Program-made: the position numbers and the translations under genes | Shown here: piece by piece, positions 47,282-56,983 of the stretch | Position numbering within the stretch: the first letter of the stretch is position 1 | Layout: each line of letters starts with the position of its first letter | The notes under the pieces: model-generated | Seen by the model: the letters and a program-made list of their open reading frames with translations, nothing else | Told to the model about the DNA's origin: nothing | Databases searched by the model: none | NCBI GenBank assembly: GCA_964498965.1 | Contig: CAZCJU010000002.1 | Span: forward strand, 3,798 to 67,797 | DNA length: 64,000 bases | Reading direction: 5' to 3' | From: an uncultured Lachnospiraceae bacterium | GTDB lineage: Bacteria; Bacillota; Clostridia; Oscillospirales; CAG-272

Positions 47282-48550
47282 TTAAAGCTCTACGACCGAA
47301 AGTGCCTGTTCAATGTCCGATATAATATCGTCAATCGATTCAAGACCTACCGAAAGGCGTATCATTCCGGGATTTATTCCGCAGGCAATAAGCTGCTCGT
47401 CGGTCAGCTGACGGTGAGTTGCGGAAGCCGGGTGAAGTATACAGGTGCGTATGTCGGCAACGTGTACCTCGTTTGAAGTCATCTTCAATGCGTCGAGAAA
47501 TTTTACAGCCGCCGCCTTGCCGCCCTTTATAACGAATGTGACAACACCGCAGATTCCGTCGGGCATATATTTTTCCATAAGAGCATGATATTTGTTGTTT
47601 TCGAGTGCCGGATAATTTACTTGCTCTATCTTGTCGCTTGCGTCGAGATATTTTGCAACCGTAAGACCGTTTTCATAGTACTGACGCATTCTCACGGGAA
47701 GCGTTTCAAGTCCCAAATTCAACAGAAATGCCGAATGTGCGGCAGGATAACAGCCGAAATCACGCATGAGCTGCATCCTTGCTTTCGTAATGTACGCCGC
47801 TGCTCCCATGTCGCGTGTGTATACGATCCCGTGATACGACTCGTCCGGCTCGGTGAATGCGGGGAACTTTCCGTTGGCCCAATCGAATTTGCCGCTGTCG
47901 ACGATGACACCGCCGACTTGCAGAGCATGACCGTCCATGTATTTTGTTGTCGAGTGCGTAACAATGTCCGCACCATGCTCGATGGGACGGCAGAAAACGG
48001 GTGTCGGAAATGTGTTGTCTATGATGAGCGGAACCCCCATTTTGTGTGCCGCATTGGCGTATGTTTCAATATCCAAAACCGTCATTGACGGGTTTGCGAG
48101 CGTTTCACCGAAAACAGCTTTCGTGTTCGGTTTGAATAGCTTTATAAGTTCTTCCTCGCTTGCGTCGGCAGGAGCGAAAATACACTCTATGCCGAATCTC
48201 TTCAAGGTTACGGAAAAAAGATTTACGGTGCCGCCGTAGATCTCCGCCGACGAGATGAACGAATCACCGGCAGAGCAAAGATTGAGTATCGCAAGCAGAT
48301 TTGCGGCTTGTCCCGACGATGTGAGCATCGCTCCCGCACCGCCCTCAAGCTCTGCGATCTTTTTTTCGACCGCTTCACACGTGGGATTTGAAAATCTCGA
48401 ATACATATGTGCCGTGGGCATATCGAATAATTCGCTTACACGCTCCGTCGTGTCGAATACATATGTCGTACTTTGTACGATCGGAACCATTTTAGGCTCT
48501 CCGTTTTTCGGAGTGTAGCCGGAATGAATGCATTTTGTATCAATTTTCAT
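47282..48550 (-). CDS. metY: O-acetylhomoserine aminocarboxypropyltransferase / cysteine synthase family (PLP-dependent)
   Basis: The 422-aa ORF belongs to the Cys/Met-metabolism PLP family, with the PLP lysine in the context HSTTKYMDGH. Its N-terminus (TKCIHSGY....GE...PI.QSTTY.F) is typical of MetY. Confidence 0.8.
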   Translation of the reverse strand: MKIDTKCIHSGYTPKNGEPKMVPIVQSTTYVFDTTERVSELFDMPTAHMYSRFSNPTCEAVEKKIAELEGGAGAMLTSSGQAANLLAILNLCSAGDSFISSAEIYGGTVNLFSVTLKRFGIECIFAPADASEEELIKLFKPNTKAVFGETLANPSMTVLDIETYANAAHKMGVPLIIDNTFPTPVFCRPIEHGADIVTHSTTKYMDGHALQVGGVIVDSGKFDWANGKFPAFTEPDESYHGIVYTRDMGAAAYITKARMQLMRDFGCYPAAHSAFLLNLGLETLPVRMRQYYENGLTVAKYLDASDKIEQVNYPALENNKYHALMEKYMPDGICGVVTFVIKGGKAAAVKFLDALKMTSNEVHVADIRTCILHPASATHRQLTDEQLIACGINPGMIRLSVGLESIDDIISDIEQALSVVEL

Positions 48551-48552
48551 GA

Positions 48553-49701
48553 TTAACCTCCTGAATATTTAATATCCAAGTGCCGTTTGTCGTTGTATGA
48601 ACAGACACTTAAAACGGCACCTAAACACATATAAAGAGCGAGAACCGACGAGCCGCCGGAACTCATGAATGGCAGGGTAATACCGATTACGGGCAACATT
48701 CCCAGACACATTCCGACGTTTTCAAGCGTTTGAAAAATAAAAACCGCCGCCACACCCGTGCAAATGTATGTACCGCACGCCGTATTACTGCGTCTTGCTA
48801 TAATAAGAATCCGTACAACAAGCAGTATCATCAATGCGAAAAATATAAGTAGCCCCACAAAGCCGAATTCCTCGGCCATAACGGCAAATATCATGTCCGT
48901 TTCTCTTGCGGGCAGCACAGCTTCACTCGGATTCTGCGACAGCGTTCCGTTTTTGTAGCCGCAACCGAAAAGTCCGCCGTTCGATATCGCTTTCATGCTC
49001 TGCATTGCTTGATAGCCGTAACCGGTGGGATCTTGAGATGGGTCAAAGCCGACAAGAATACGCATCTGCTGGTATTTATCCAAAAATTTCCACAAAATCG
49101 GTGCTGCCGCACAAACCACGACTAATGCACCGGCGTAATACCATAGGCTTAAGCCCGCCGCAAAGCACATAAGTACAATTATACATATAAACATTATTGC
49201 CGCACCGAGGTCACCCTCAAGCATGAGAAATATAAGCAGTATTCCCGCATGAATCATTAGCTGTAAAATACTCGAAAACTTGTTTATATCGTTTTTCAGC
49301 TTTGACAGGTGATACGAAAACGTCAGAATGAATATGAGCTTAACGACCTCCGACGGCTGGAAACTGTAATTGATTACCGGAATCGTGATCCAGTTCTTGT
49401 TGTTTCCACCCCGTCCGCCCATTATAAGCGGTAACAGCAGTAAAAACAATGCGCCGAAGAACATCGGAAATTTAAATCGCTTGCACATCTCTTCGTAATC
49501 CAGCAGTGCTATGACCAGCATACAGGCTATACCCAATGCCGTAGCTACTATCTGCATTTTAACGAGTCTTGGCGTTTCGAGATACGCCGAAGCCGAGGAA
49601 ACAACGATTATTCCGTAGACAGAAAGAGTTAAAGCGGTGAGGATAAGTATCAGATCGATGTTTTTAAATGCGTGCAGAAACCTGTTTTCGCGTATCCGCA
49701 T
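48553..49701 (-). CDS. FtsW/RodA/SpoVE (SEDS) family peptidoglycan glycosyltransferase
   Basis: The 382-aa polytopic protein carries the SEDS motifs QPSEVVKL, ETDMIFAV and LPFMSSGGSS. Confidence 0.8.
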   Translation of the reverse strand: MRIRENRFLHAFKNIDLILILTALTLSVYGIIVVSSASAYLETPRLVKMQIVATALGIACMLVIALLDYEEMCKRFKFPMFFGALFLLLLPLIMGGRGGNNKNWITIPVINYSFQPSEVVKLIFILTFSYHLSKLKNDINKFSSILQLMIHAGILLIFLMLEGDLGAAIMFICIIVLMCFAAGLSLWYYAGALVVVCAAAPILWKFLDKYQQMRILVGFDPSQDPTGYGYQAMQSMKAISNGGLFGCGYKNGTLSQNPSEAVLPARETDMIFAVMAEEFGFVGLLIFFALMILLVVRILIIARRSNTACGTYICTGVAAVFIFQTLENVGMCLGMLPVIGITLPFMSSGGSSVLALYMCLGAVLSVCSYNDKRHLDIKYSGG

Positions 49702-49743
49702 ACTTATCCCCCCTTAATATTCGTAAAGACAAGTGCCGAGTGT

Positions 49744-51177
49744 TTAATAAGCCTTGCCCCAGTAAACGAGCTTTGTCGCCGGTCTGCCGCAACAGATACA
49801 TTTGTCACCGCAAGCACCCTCGCCGAACGGAATGCAACGTGAAGTAACATCGGCAAGTTCTTTGAGCTTCTCTTCGCATTCACGGTCACCGCACCACATG
49901 GCACGTATAAATCCGGGCTTTGTTTTAGCACTTTCGATAAATTTGTCAAGCTCCGTTTCGGTCGAAGTCATTTCGCGGCGACGCAGGAAAGCTTTTTCAT
50001 ACAGTGTCGCTTTATACTCGTCAAGCATTTTCAGCACGGTGTCCGCAAGATCGACTAGAGAAACGAAGGCTTTTTCTCTGTTATCTCGGCGAACTATCAC
50101 ACATTGATCGTTTTCGATATCCCTCGGACCGATCTCTATTCTGAGCGGTACACCCTTCATTTCGTATTCCGCAAATTTCCAGCCGGCAGTCTGCTCGCTT
50201 TCATCGAGCTTGACTCTGACAAAGGGCTTAAGTGTTGCGGCGATCTCACGGCACTTTTCAAGCACACCGGGCTTGTGCTGTGCTACGGGAACTATTACCG
50301 CCTGTATGGGAGCGACCGCAGGGGGGAGTACAAGACCGCTGTCGTCACCGTGTGCCATGATTATCGCTCCGATCATTCTCGTCGAAGCACCCCAAGAGGT
50401 CTGATGCGGGTTCTTGAGCTTGTTGTCCTTGTCGAGATATTGTATTCCGAACGCTTTGGCAAAACCGTTTCCGAAATAATGACTCGTACCGCCTTGGATA
50501 GCCTTGCCGTCATGCATGAGTGCCTCTACCGTGTATGTCGCTTCCGCACCGGCAAATTTTTCCTTGTCGGTCTTTCTGCCTCGAATTACGGGAATCGCAA
50601 GCTCCTTTTCATAGAAGTCCGCATATATGTTAAGCATCTGCAGGGTTTCCGCCTCGGCATCCTCGGCGGTAGCGTGCATTGTGTGTCCCTCTTGCCATAA
50701 AAATTCACGACTGCGTAAAAACGGACGTGTCGTCTTTTCCCAACGCACGACATTGCACCACTGATTGTACAGCTTAGGCAGATCACGATAGGACTTTATA
50801 ATATCTTTGTAGTGATCGCAAAAAAGCGTTTCCGATGTTGGACGTACACACATACGCTCGGCAAGTTGCTCATTGCCGCCCATGGTCACCCATGCGGTCT
50901 CGGGTGCGAAGCCCGCAATATGCTCCTTTTCCTTATTCAAAAGCGACTCCGGAATGAAAAGCGGCATATATATATTTTCATGTCCCGTTTCCTTGAAGCG
51001 TTGATCGAGAATCTTTTGAATATTCTCCCAAATAGCATAACCGTACGGACGTATTATCATGCAACCCTTTACACCGGAATAGTCGATAAGATCGGCTTTT
51101 TTTACTATGTCCGTGTACCAACGTGCAAAATCCTCTTCCATAGAGGTTATCTGTTCAACAAGTTTTTTATCTGCCAT
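49744..51177 (-). CDS. proS: proline--tRNA ligase (short, archaeal/eukaryote-like type)
   Basis: The 477-aa ORF has the N-terminus [35 protein letters not shown], class II synthetase motifs and a C-terminal zinc-binding Cys cluster. Confidence 0.9.
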   Translation of the reverse strand: MADKKLVEQITSMEEDFARWYTDIVKKADLIDYSGVKGCMIIRPYGYAIWENIQKILDQRFKETGHENIYMPLFIPESLLNKEKEHIAGFAPETAWVTMGGNEQLAERMCVRPTSETLFCDHYKDIIKSYRDLPKLYNQWCNVVRWEKTTRPFLRSREFLWQEGHTMHATAEDAEAETLQMLNIYADFYEKELAIPVIRGRKTDKEKFAGAEATYTVEALMHDGKAIQGGTSHYFGNGFAKAFGIQYLDKDNKLKNPHQTSWGASTRMIGAIIMAHGDDSGLVLPPAVAPIQAVIVPVAQHKPGVLEKCREIAATLKPFVRVKLDESEQTAGWKFAEYEMKGVPLRIEIGPRDIENDQCVIVRRDNREKAFVSLVDLADTVLKMLDEYKATLYEKAFLRRREMTSTETELDKFIESAKTKPGFIRAMWCGDRECEEKLKELADVTSRCIPFGEGACGDKCICCGRPATKLVYWGKAY

Positions 51178-51229
51178 AACAGTGGTATCTCCTTAAACAA
51201 AGTGTATCATAAATTATTATAACCGCAAT

Positions 51230-51258
51230 ATTATAACTCTGTTTTGCGGTGTTGTCAA
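51230..51258 (-). promoter_or_regulatory. sigma-A-type promoter for proS
   Basis: On the minus strand: TTGACA (51253-51258), a 17-nt spacer, then TATAAT (51230-51235). Confidence 0.55.
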
Positions 51259-51290
51259 TACCGCAAAAGCGAAAAATTATCGGTAAAGAC

Positions 51291-51319
51291 TTGAAAAAAC
51301 GAACAAAATGCTGTATAAT
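51291..51319 (+). promoter_or_regulatory. sigma-A-type promoter for the radical SAM gene
   Basis: TTGAAA (51291-51296), a 17-nt spacer, then TATAAT (51314-51319). Confidence 0.5.
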
Positions 51320-51391
51320 CGACCGAAGTACTGCTTGAATACCGCTTAAGTACGACAGAAGTACGATCGAATAACGATAAGAGGTCTTAGA

Positions 51392-52354
51392 ATGACGCAA
51401 AAACAAACAAATCCGTTTGAATATACCGACAGCAATAAGCGGTATCATACGTACGACTACTTCATGAAACGTAAATTCGGAATGAAATGTGCAAAGCTTT
51501 CACTTGACGGAGGTTTTACCTGCCCGAATAGGGACGGAACACGAGGAAAAGGCGGGTGCGTGTATTGCTCGTCAAGCGGAAGCGGCGAATTTACGCAAAA
51601 GGGAAGTATAAAAGAGCAAATAGCCGCCCAAAAATCGGTTTACGAAAGAAAATGGGGACAAAATAAGCTCGGATATATTGCGTATTTTCAGGCAAACACA
51701 AATACATATGCACCCGTAAATGTGCTTGAAAGATTGTATTGCGAGGCCCTCGAGCAGAAAGACGTTGTCGGCATGAGCGTTGCGACACGTGCCGATACAC
51801 TGCCCGACGACGTGTGCGAACTTCTCGGAGAGCTTTCGCAAAATACATTTCTTACGGTGGAGCTGGGCTTGCAGACCTGCCATGACAGCACAGCCGAGAA
51901 GATCAATCGTTGCCATACGACAAAAGAATTTTTGCACGGCTATGAGAAGCTGAAAAAATATGACAATATACGTATTTGCGTGCATATAATAAACGGCTTG
52001 ATGGGTGAAGATCCGAAAATGATGTTGGAAAATGCCGAATTTGTGTCGAATATAGGTGCGGACGGCATAAAAATACATTCATTGCTCGTCCTCGACGACA
52101 GCACGCTCGGCGGCGAATACCGAAGAAAGCCGTTTAAACTTCAAAGCCGAGAAGAATATATTAAAACCGTTGTTATGCAGCTCGAACATATCTCACCGCA
52201 CATCGTTGCCGAACGGCTTACAGCCGATCCCGATCCGTCCGAATTGCTTGCACCCGAGTGGACGAAAAATAAGATCGAGATCCTCAACGGTATAGATAAA
52301 ATGATGTATTCCGAAAATACATATCAAGGAAAACTTTTACGTGCCGAAATATGA
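51392..52354 (+). CDS. TIGR01212-family radical SAM protein (YtqA-like)
   Basis: The 320-aa ORF contains CPNRDGTRGKGGCVYC in the context typical of this family. Confidence 0.75.
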   Translation: MTQKQTNPFEYTDSNKRYHTYDYFMKRKFGMKCAKLSLDGGFTCPNRDGTRGKGGCVYCSSSGSGEFTQKGSIKEQIAAQKSVYERKWGQNKLGYIAYFQANTNTYAPVNVLERLYCEALEQKDVVGMSVATRADTLPDDVCELLGELSQNTFLTVELGLQTCHDSTAEKINRCHTTKEFLHGYEKLKKYDNIRICVHIINGLMGEDPKMMLENAEFVSNIGADGIKIHSLLVLDDSTLGGEYRRKPFKLQSREEYIKTVVMQLEHISPHIVAERLTADPDPSELLAPEWTKNKIEILNGIDKMMYSENTYQGKLLRAEI

Positions 52355-54853
52355 TACGGCATACGAAATGATTATCCAGAACAGCTGATAGAGTGTTATG
52401 TAGAAAGCGTTCAAATGAGAATTCGAACCCGAAAGAAGCGTTAAAAGTATTATTACCGCTCCTATCATGTAGGATAATATTGCCGTAAGAATACCGGTAC
52501 GGACGGTGCTGCGTGTCCTCTGACATAGGTTGAGCGTCCTAAGCAGGGACTTCGGCGAACCTTTGGAAATGATGTCGGCATCTGCGTTTTGTTTTGTTTC
52601 CGACATTTCGGATGCGTCATTGCATTTAAGCACCCTTATCGGGTATTTGTTGATATCTATCACATTGGAGAGCAGTGCGGTATCAATGTTCGGATCGAAT
52701 GTTTTTACGGCAATGCAAACACCGCTTTCCGCCAATTGCTTCAGCTCATCCGCAAAATCCGTGTCGATGTTGTATTTTATACTCATTTTGGAAATGATGC
52801 TTCCGTTAGATGCAACGTACATTATCCGCTTGTCGTTGCTCGTTTCGGAGCTTTCATCCTCGGAGGTGTAATGAGGAAGCATTCCATGCTCCTCCATATA
52901 TGCGGCGGAACCTATCAAAACGCAATCATTGTCCACCATAGCTTCCACTCCGTCGTCGAGAACCGAAATTATTCGCACACTGTCCGAAAGCGACAGTTCT
53001 TTTACCGTACTTGCGAATACAGTACCCAACGGACCGCCGAGCTTCTTGAATACACTTGCCAAAACAAACATCGTGTAATCCACACGTCCCGTGTCGTATT
53101 GCCTGAAATCACTTGTTTTTATGCCGTATGCGGGGAATATTTCCTTGTCCTCAAAGGATATGACGGAGGCGTTTGCAAAATCGTCTGCGGCACTTTCGCC
53201 TATAAACGCACTGTCAAGCCCAAAGGAAGCAGTTGCAAGCCTGTAAAACGGTAGGGTGAACGATGCGAATATTCCGCATGGCAGAATCACGCTTGTACAA
53301 GCAAATGCCGTCGATATCGAATCCGAAAGAGTGTTTTTCGCAAAAAGCATGATTGCGGCAACAAGTATGAAAACGGAGGGAACTATGGGCAGAAATATAT
53401 TGAGTACCGATTTGTCACGACAGTTACTGCGACTGTGTGAGAAGAAATTGCCGACGAAAGAGGTCTTGTTTATCTTCATCATTTTCGCATTTTCCGGTAA
53501 ATGTGCGAAAATATCGCTGTTTGACTTTTCCTCGTCGCTTATATCATAAGCCTCGAGAACGTATTTCGGTTTGACGGAACAAGCTATGCGAAATGACAAT
53601 ATCTCACGCTTGAGCGTTCGCTTTTGTGCGACGAGCGTGCATATGATACATAATGCCGCCGGCGAAAAATAAGTCGTGCCTAAAGAGCTTGCTGCGGTCG
53701 CCGCAGTATATGCACCGTAAAGCACGGTCAAAATGACATCGATCGCCGTGAGCGATTCAAGCCGGCAACAGCCCGAAAAAACGGACTTTAAACCGTCGGC
53801 TATGTACGTAAAGCAAAGAGCGGACGAAAAAACGAAAAGCTGAAGAAGTATAAGCACGTAGACCGTCGGATTTTTGTCTAAGCTCATGAAATGAGGAAAT
53901 TTCGCACCGAAAAACGCCGATGCTTCAATCAAAAGTATCACACAGGCGATGATAACGGAAAGTGCCGTTCTTACGTTCAATGACTTGTATTGATGCTTTT
54001 GGTATTCCGAAAAGGTCTTTTTTTGATTCATGGAAGTGAATTCGCAACCGGGTGCGGTGCGCTGACGGCTTTTCGCTTTTTCCGTTCTCTTTTTTATACG
54101 CTTTTCTTTTTCCGCACGCTTTTCTTCCTCCGTCTGTACCTCGCTGTAAAGCGAATCAAGATCGTATTTGAGTTCGCTTTTAACCGTTGCGGAATCGCCG
54201 AGTGCGTTCATTATTTTGTTTTCGTCCTCGGTGTAACCGTAATCGTCTGTTGATTCGGATTCGCTGTCCGAAACATAAGTCTGATTGAACGGTACACGCT
54301 CTGTGCCGCTTGTAGCGGTATCCGAAGTGTGCTTTTTTTCTTGCGGTTGCTCGATATCCGCATCGTCGGATGCCGGTTCGGCATCGTCAACGTCGATCAT
54401 TTTTGTGTCCGAATTCGGCTTTTTTTCTTTGACTATATAATCGCAGGTTATCTCGTCATCGGAGGACGAAAGTATATCGTCGCCGCCGTCGCCGAATATC
54501 CGGTCGAGTGTGTCGGAAAAGCCGAGCAAGCCGTCGTCAAATTCAAACGGAGTGATCTCGTCGGTTTCGCTTGCGAGCGTGTCGAATACGGACGTGTCAA
54601 ACGGTGCGTCGGAAGCTTTTTTAACACTTTTTTCGTCCGTGCCGTCGTTCGACTTGGTGCAGATCAACGTGTCGTCAAATTCCGACGGCTCTCCTTTTGC
54701 AATCGCTTCATCGTCTGCATGAACGGCTTCGTTTTCGTGCGAAACCTCCGAAATGTCCTCATCCTCGTCCTCGCCGGATATGCCCAAAACTCTGTTAAGC
54801 TCCTTTACAAGCTCTTTGGGCGACAGCTCTTTACCGTCGTTGCCGTTAGCCAT
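52337..54853 (-). CDS. degenerate P1B-type P-type-ATPase-like membrane protein with a long acidic N-terminal extension
   Basis: I prefer the ATG at 54851-54853 (MANGNDGKEL...), which follows AAAGGAGG. This start overlaps the rlmB stop (ATGGCTAA). The first ~275 aa are D/E/S-rich. The remainder follows the heavy-metal P-type ATPase layout, but the catalytic signatures are altered (see findings). Confidence 0.6.
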   Translation of the reverse strand: MANGNDGKELSPKELVKELNRVLGISGEDEDEDISEVSHENEAVHADDEAIAKGEPSEFDDTLICTKSNDGTDEKSVKKASDAPFDTSVFDTLASETDEITPFEFDDGLLGFSDTLDRIFGDGGDDILSSSDDEITCDYIVKEKKPNSDTKMIDVDDAEPASDDADIEQPQEKKHTSDTATSGTERVPFNQTYVSDSESESTDDYGYTEDENKIMNALGDSATVKSELKYDLDSLYSEVQTEEEKRAEKEKRIKKRTEKAKSRQRTAPGCEFTSMNQKKTFSEYQKHQYKSLNVRTALSVIIACVILLIEASAFFGAKFPHFMSLDKNPTVYVLILLQLFVFSSALCFTYIADGLKSVFSGCCRLESLTAIDVILTVLYGAYTAATAASSLGTTYFSPAALCIICTLVAQKRTLKREILSFRIACSVKPKYVLEAYDISDEEKSNSDIFAHLPENAKMMKINKTSFVGNFFSHSRSNCRDKSVLNIFLPIVPSVFILVAAIMLFAKNTLSDSISTAFACTSVILPCGIFASFTLPFYRLATASFGLDSAFIGESAADDFANASVISFEDKEIFPAYGIKTSDFRQYDTGRVDYTMFVLASVFKKLGGPLGTVFASTVKELSLSDSVRIISVLDDGVEAMVDNDCVLIGSAAYMEEHGMLPHYTSEDESSETSNDKRIMYVASNGSIISKMSIKYNIDTDFADELKQLAESGVCIAVKTFDPNIDTALLSNVIDINKYPIRVLKCNDASEMSETKQNADADIISKGSPKSLLRTLNLCQRTRSTVRTGILTAILSYMIGAVIILLTLLSGSNSHLNAFYITLYQLFWIIISYAVSYFGT

Positions 54854-55628
54854 TTTTCGACCTCCTTTGGTGTGCCGCCACGTTAAGCACCACGGCACCC
54901 GCCGCGGAAACGTTCAGGGAATTGATCTTGCCGTACATTGGTATTGAAATTATGTGATCGCATTTAGATCTTATAAGTTGCGAGATACCACCGTCCTCAC
55001 CGCCGAGTACTATTGCCGCTCCGCAATCGAAGTCGGCATCGAAAACGTCGTTGCCGTCAGCCTCCGCTCCGAATATCCACAACCCGCTGTCCTTTAAGCG
55101 GTCGATAGTCGAAGCGAGGTTCGGTACTCTTGCGATGGGTAAATACGAGCAAGCTCCGGCGGCGGCTTTTAAGGTGACCGGCGTTACCTGACTGCATCTG
55201 CGTTTGGGTATGATAAGCCCGTGTACACCGGCACATTCGCAACTGCGTATAACGGCTCCCAAATTTCCGGGATCTTCTATACCGTCGGCGATAACGATAA
55301 ACGGCTTTTCGCTCTTGTCCGCCGCACGGGCGAGTATATCCTCGATTCCGACGTACGAAACGCAGGAACAAACGGCGGCTACTCCCTGATGAACTCCTCG
55401 CACACAAAGCTCGTCCAGCTTGCTTTTGGTAACTTCGACTACCGGTATCTTCTTTTTCAGTGCAAGTGCGACTATCGTCGTTATCGAGCCTTCACGCTGA
55501 CCGGCTTGCACGAAAAGCTTGTCCGCTTGCCCGTCGCTTTTCAAAAGCTCCATTACGGAATTTCTGCCGTAAAGTATGTTTTCCGGTGCGTGTTCTTTAT
55601 GTTCTCTCTCTTTGATATCGTTTCTCAT
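54846..55628 (-). CDS. rlmB: 23S rRNA (guanosine2251-2'-O)-methyltransferase, TrmH/SpoU family
   Basis: The 260-aa ORF contains YGRNSVMELL, IEDPGNLGAIIRS and NSLNVSAAGAVVL. Confidence 0.85.
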   Translation of the reverse strand: MRNDIKEREHKEHAPENILYGRNSVMELLKSDGQADKLFVQAGQREGSITTIVALALKKKIPVVEVTKSKLDELCVRGVHQGVAAVCSCVSYVGIEDILARAADKSEKPFIVIADGIEDPGNLGAVIRSCECAGVHGLIIPKRRCSQVTPVTLKAAAGACSYLPIARVPNLASTIDRLKDSGLWIFGAEADGNDVFDADFDCGAAIVLGGEDGGISQLIRSKCDHIISIPMYGKINSLNVSAAGAVVLNVAAHQRRSKNG

Positions 55629-55736
55629 ATGTTGTTGATCCTTTTAGTTATTCCCGACGGATATATATACACGATACATTGTACCACAAAAAAACATTTT
55701 TGTATAGTCCTTTTACAAATATTTTTATTAATTTTT

Positions 55737-55765
55737 TTGACATTTTACCTGAAATATCATATAAT
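55737..55765 (+). promoter_or_regulatory. sigma-A-type promoter for the MecA-like gene
   Basis: TTGACA (55737-55742), a 17-nt spacer, then TATAAT (55760-55765). Confidence 0.5.
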
Positions 55766-55806
55766 ATCGAAGCGAAACCGAATTTATTTCATGAAAGGCC
55801 GCTTGT

Positions 55807-56394
55807 ATGGAAATAGTGCTGCTCAGCGAAAACAAATTAAAGATCACGCTTTCGAGCGGTGATGTCGCCGTTCTCGGCTTTCCCGAGGAAACACAGGACG
55901 CCGAAAAGATCAAAGCCTCAAGGGCGTTTAAAAGCCTTTTGGAAACCGCAAAGATAAAGACCGGCTTCGATGTGAACGACAGCAGACTTTTCATAAGTAT
56001 ATACCGTTGCCGAGATTACGGAATAGAAATGTATGTAACGAAATGCGGTAAAGATAAACAAAAAAACGGCAATTCCGAAAGAAAAGAAGCACTGATTTAC
56101 AGATTCGACACCTGCGAGAATCTGCTTCGAGCCTGTGCGGCATTGTATCGTTCGGAACACAAAAATACGAGTGACGCATATTGGGAATGCGACAACGACG
56201 GATACGCATATTATTTGAAGATAAACGGAGGCATGTCCGCTTACCTCCGATCCGTTGCGTGCGAGTACAGCGTCGGGAGGGAAAATATCACGGACGAAAG
56301 CGTTTCGGCACGTGTTTTCGAACACGGAAACATAATTTGTGAAAAAAATGCACTTGAAGTACTTGCAAAAACAGTACAAGATGTGGTATATTAA
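55807..56394 (+). CDS. MecA-like adaptor protein (tentative)
   Basis: The N-terminal pattern of this 195-aa ORF (MEIVLLSENKLKITLSSGDVAVLGF...LFISIYRCRDYGIEMYVTK) parallels the MecA N-domain (MEIERINEHTVKF..S..D...RGF...L.IQV......LEI.VTK). This is a by-eye call only. Confidence 0.45.
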   Translation: MEIVLLSENKLKITLSSGDVAVLGFPEETQDAEKIKASRAFKSLLETAKIKTGFDVNDSRLFISIYRCRDYGIEMYVTKCGKDKQKNGNSERKEALIYRFDTCENLLRACAALYRSEHKNTSDAYWECDNDGYAYYLKINGGMSAYLRSVACEYSVGRENITDESVSARVFEHGNIICEKNALEVLAKTVQDVVY

Positions 56395-56422
56395 AGCGTA
56401 AGCTACGGAAAGGGTAAAAATT

Positions 56423-56983
56423 ATGTCGTTAAAAGATCTGTACGAATCGTGTGTTGAGTGCGATAAATGTGCGTTATGTAAAACAAGAACGAAGCTCGTG
56501 TTCGGGACGGGGAACGAAAATGCCGATGTTATGTTCGTCGGCGAAGCTCCCGGAGAAAGCGAGGATCTGAGCGGTATTCCTTTCGTCGGTCGTGCGGGAA
56601 AGCTTTTGGATAAGCTCTTAACAGCCTGCGATATCGACAGAGAACGGGTGTATATCACCAATATTCTGAAATGCCGACCGCCGAAAAACAGGGATCCGCA
56701 AAGCGAAGAAGAGGACGCTTGCATAGACTATCTTCGCTCGCAGGTGCGTTGCATCGAGCCGAAAATGATAGTATGCCTCGGTAGGATAGCCGCAATGAGA
56801 TTGATAAGCCCGAATTTCAAAATAACAGCACAACACGGAGTGTTCTACGAGAAAAAAGGTATATTGCTTACTGCGGTATATCACCCGTCGGCACTGCTGC
56901 GAGATGTGAAGAAAAAAGACGATGCGATACTCGATTTGCAAAAGATAAAAAAATATGCGGACGAAAAGGAGCTTGAAATATGA
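56423..56983 (+). CDS. family 4 uracil-DNA glycosylase
   Basis: The 186-aa ORF has the Fe-S Cys pattern C..C..C and the motif GEAPGESEDLSGIPFVGRAGKLLD, followed by YHPS. Confidence 0.85.
   Translation: MSLKDLYESCVECDKCALCKTRTKLVFGTGNENADVMFVGEAPGESEDLSGIPFVGRAGKLLDKLLTACDIDRERVYITNILKCRPPKNRDPQSEEEDACIDYLRSQVRCIEPKMIVCLGRIAAMRLISPNFKITAQHGVFYEKKGILLTAVYHPSALLRDVKKKDDAILDLQKIKKYADEKELEI

Noticed and set aside
51178-51391. A T-box leader upstream of proS.
   Set aside because: The divergent intergenic region is only 214 bp, and the predicted proS promoter leaves a leader of ~45 nt. I found no specifier-loop/T-box (AGGGTGGTACCGCG-like) sequence on the minus strand.
54854-54898. The 15-codon extension of the degenerate ATPase ORF (MPWCLTWRHTKGGRK).
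   Set aside because: It lies inside the rlmB coding region. The ATG at 54853 has a GGAGG RBS and gives the typical ATGnnTAA coupling overlap.
55918-56724. A 268-aa minus-strand ORF overlapping the MecA-like and uracil-DNA glycosylase genes.
   Set aside because: It spans two plus-strand genes and their intergenic RBS. The plus-strand UDG motifs are unambiguous, so this is treated as a shadow ORF. The same applies to 58355-59116 inside the lipoprotein gene.
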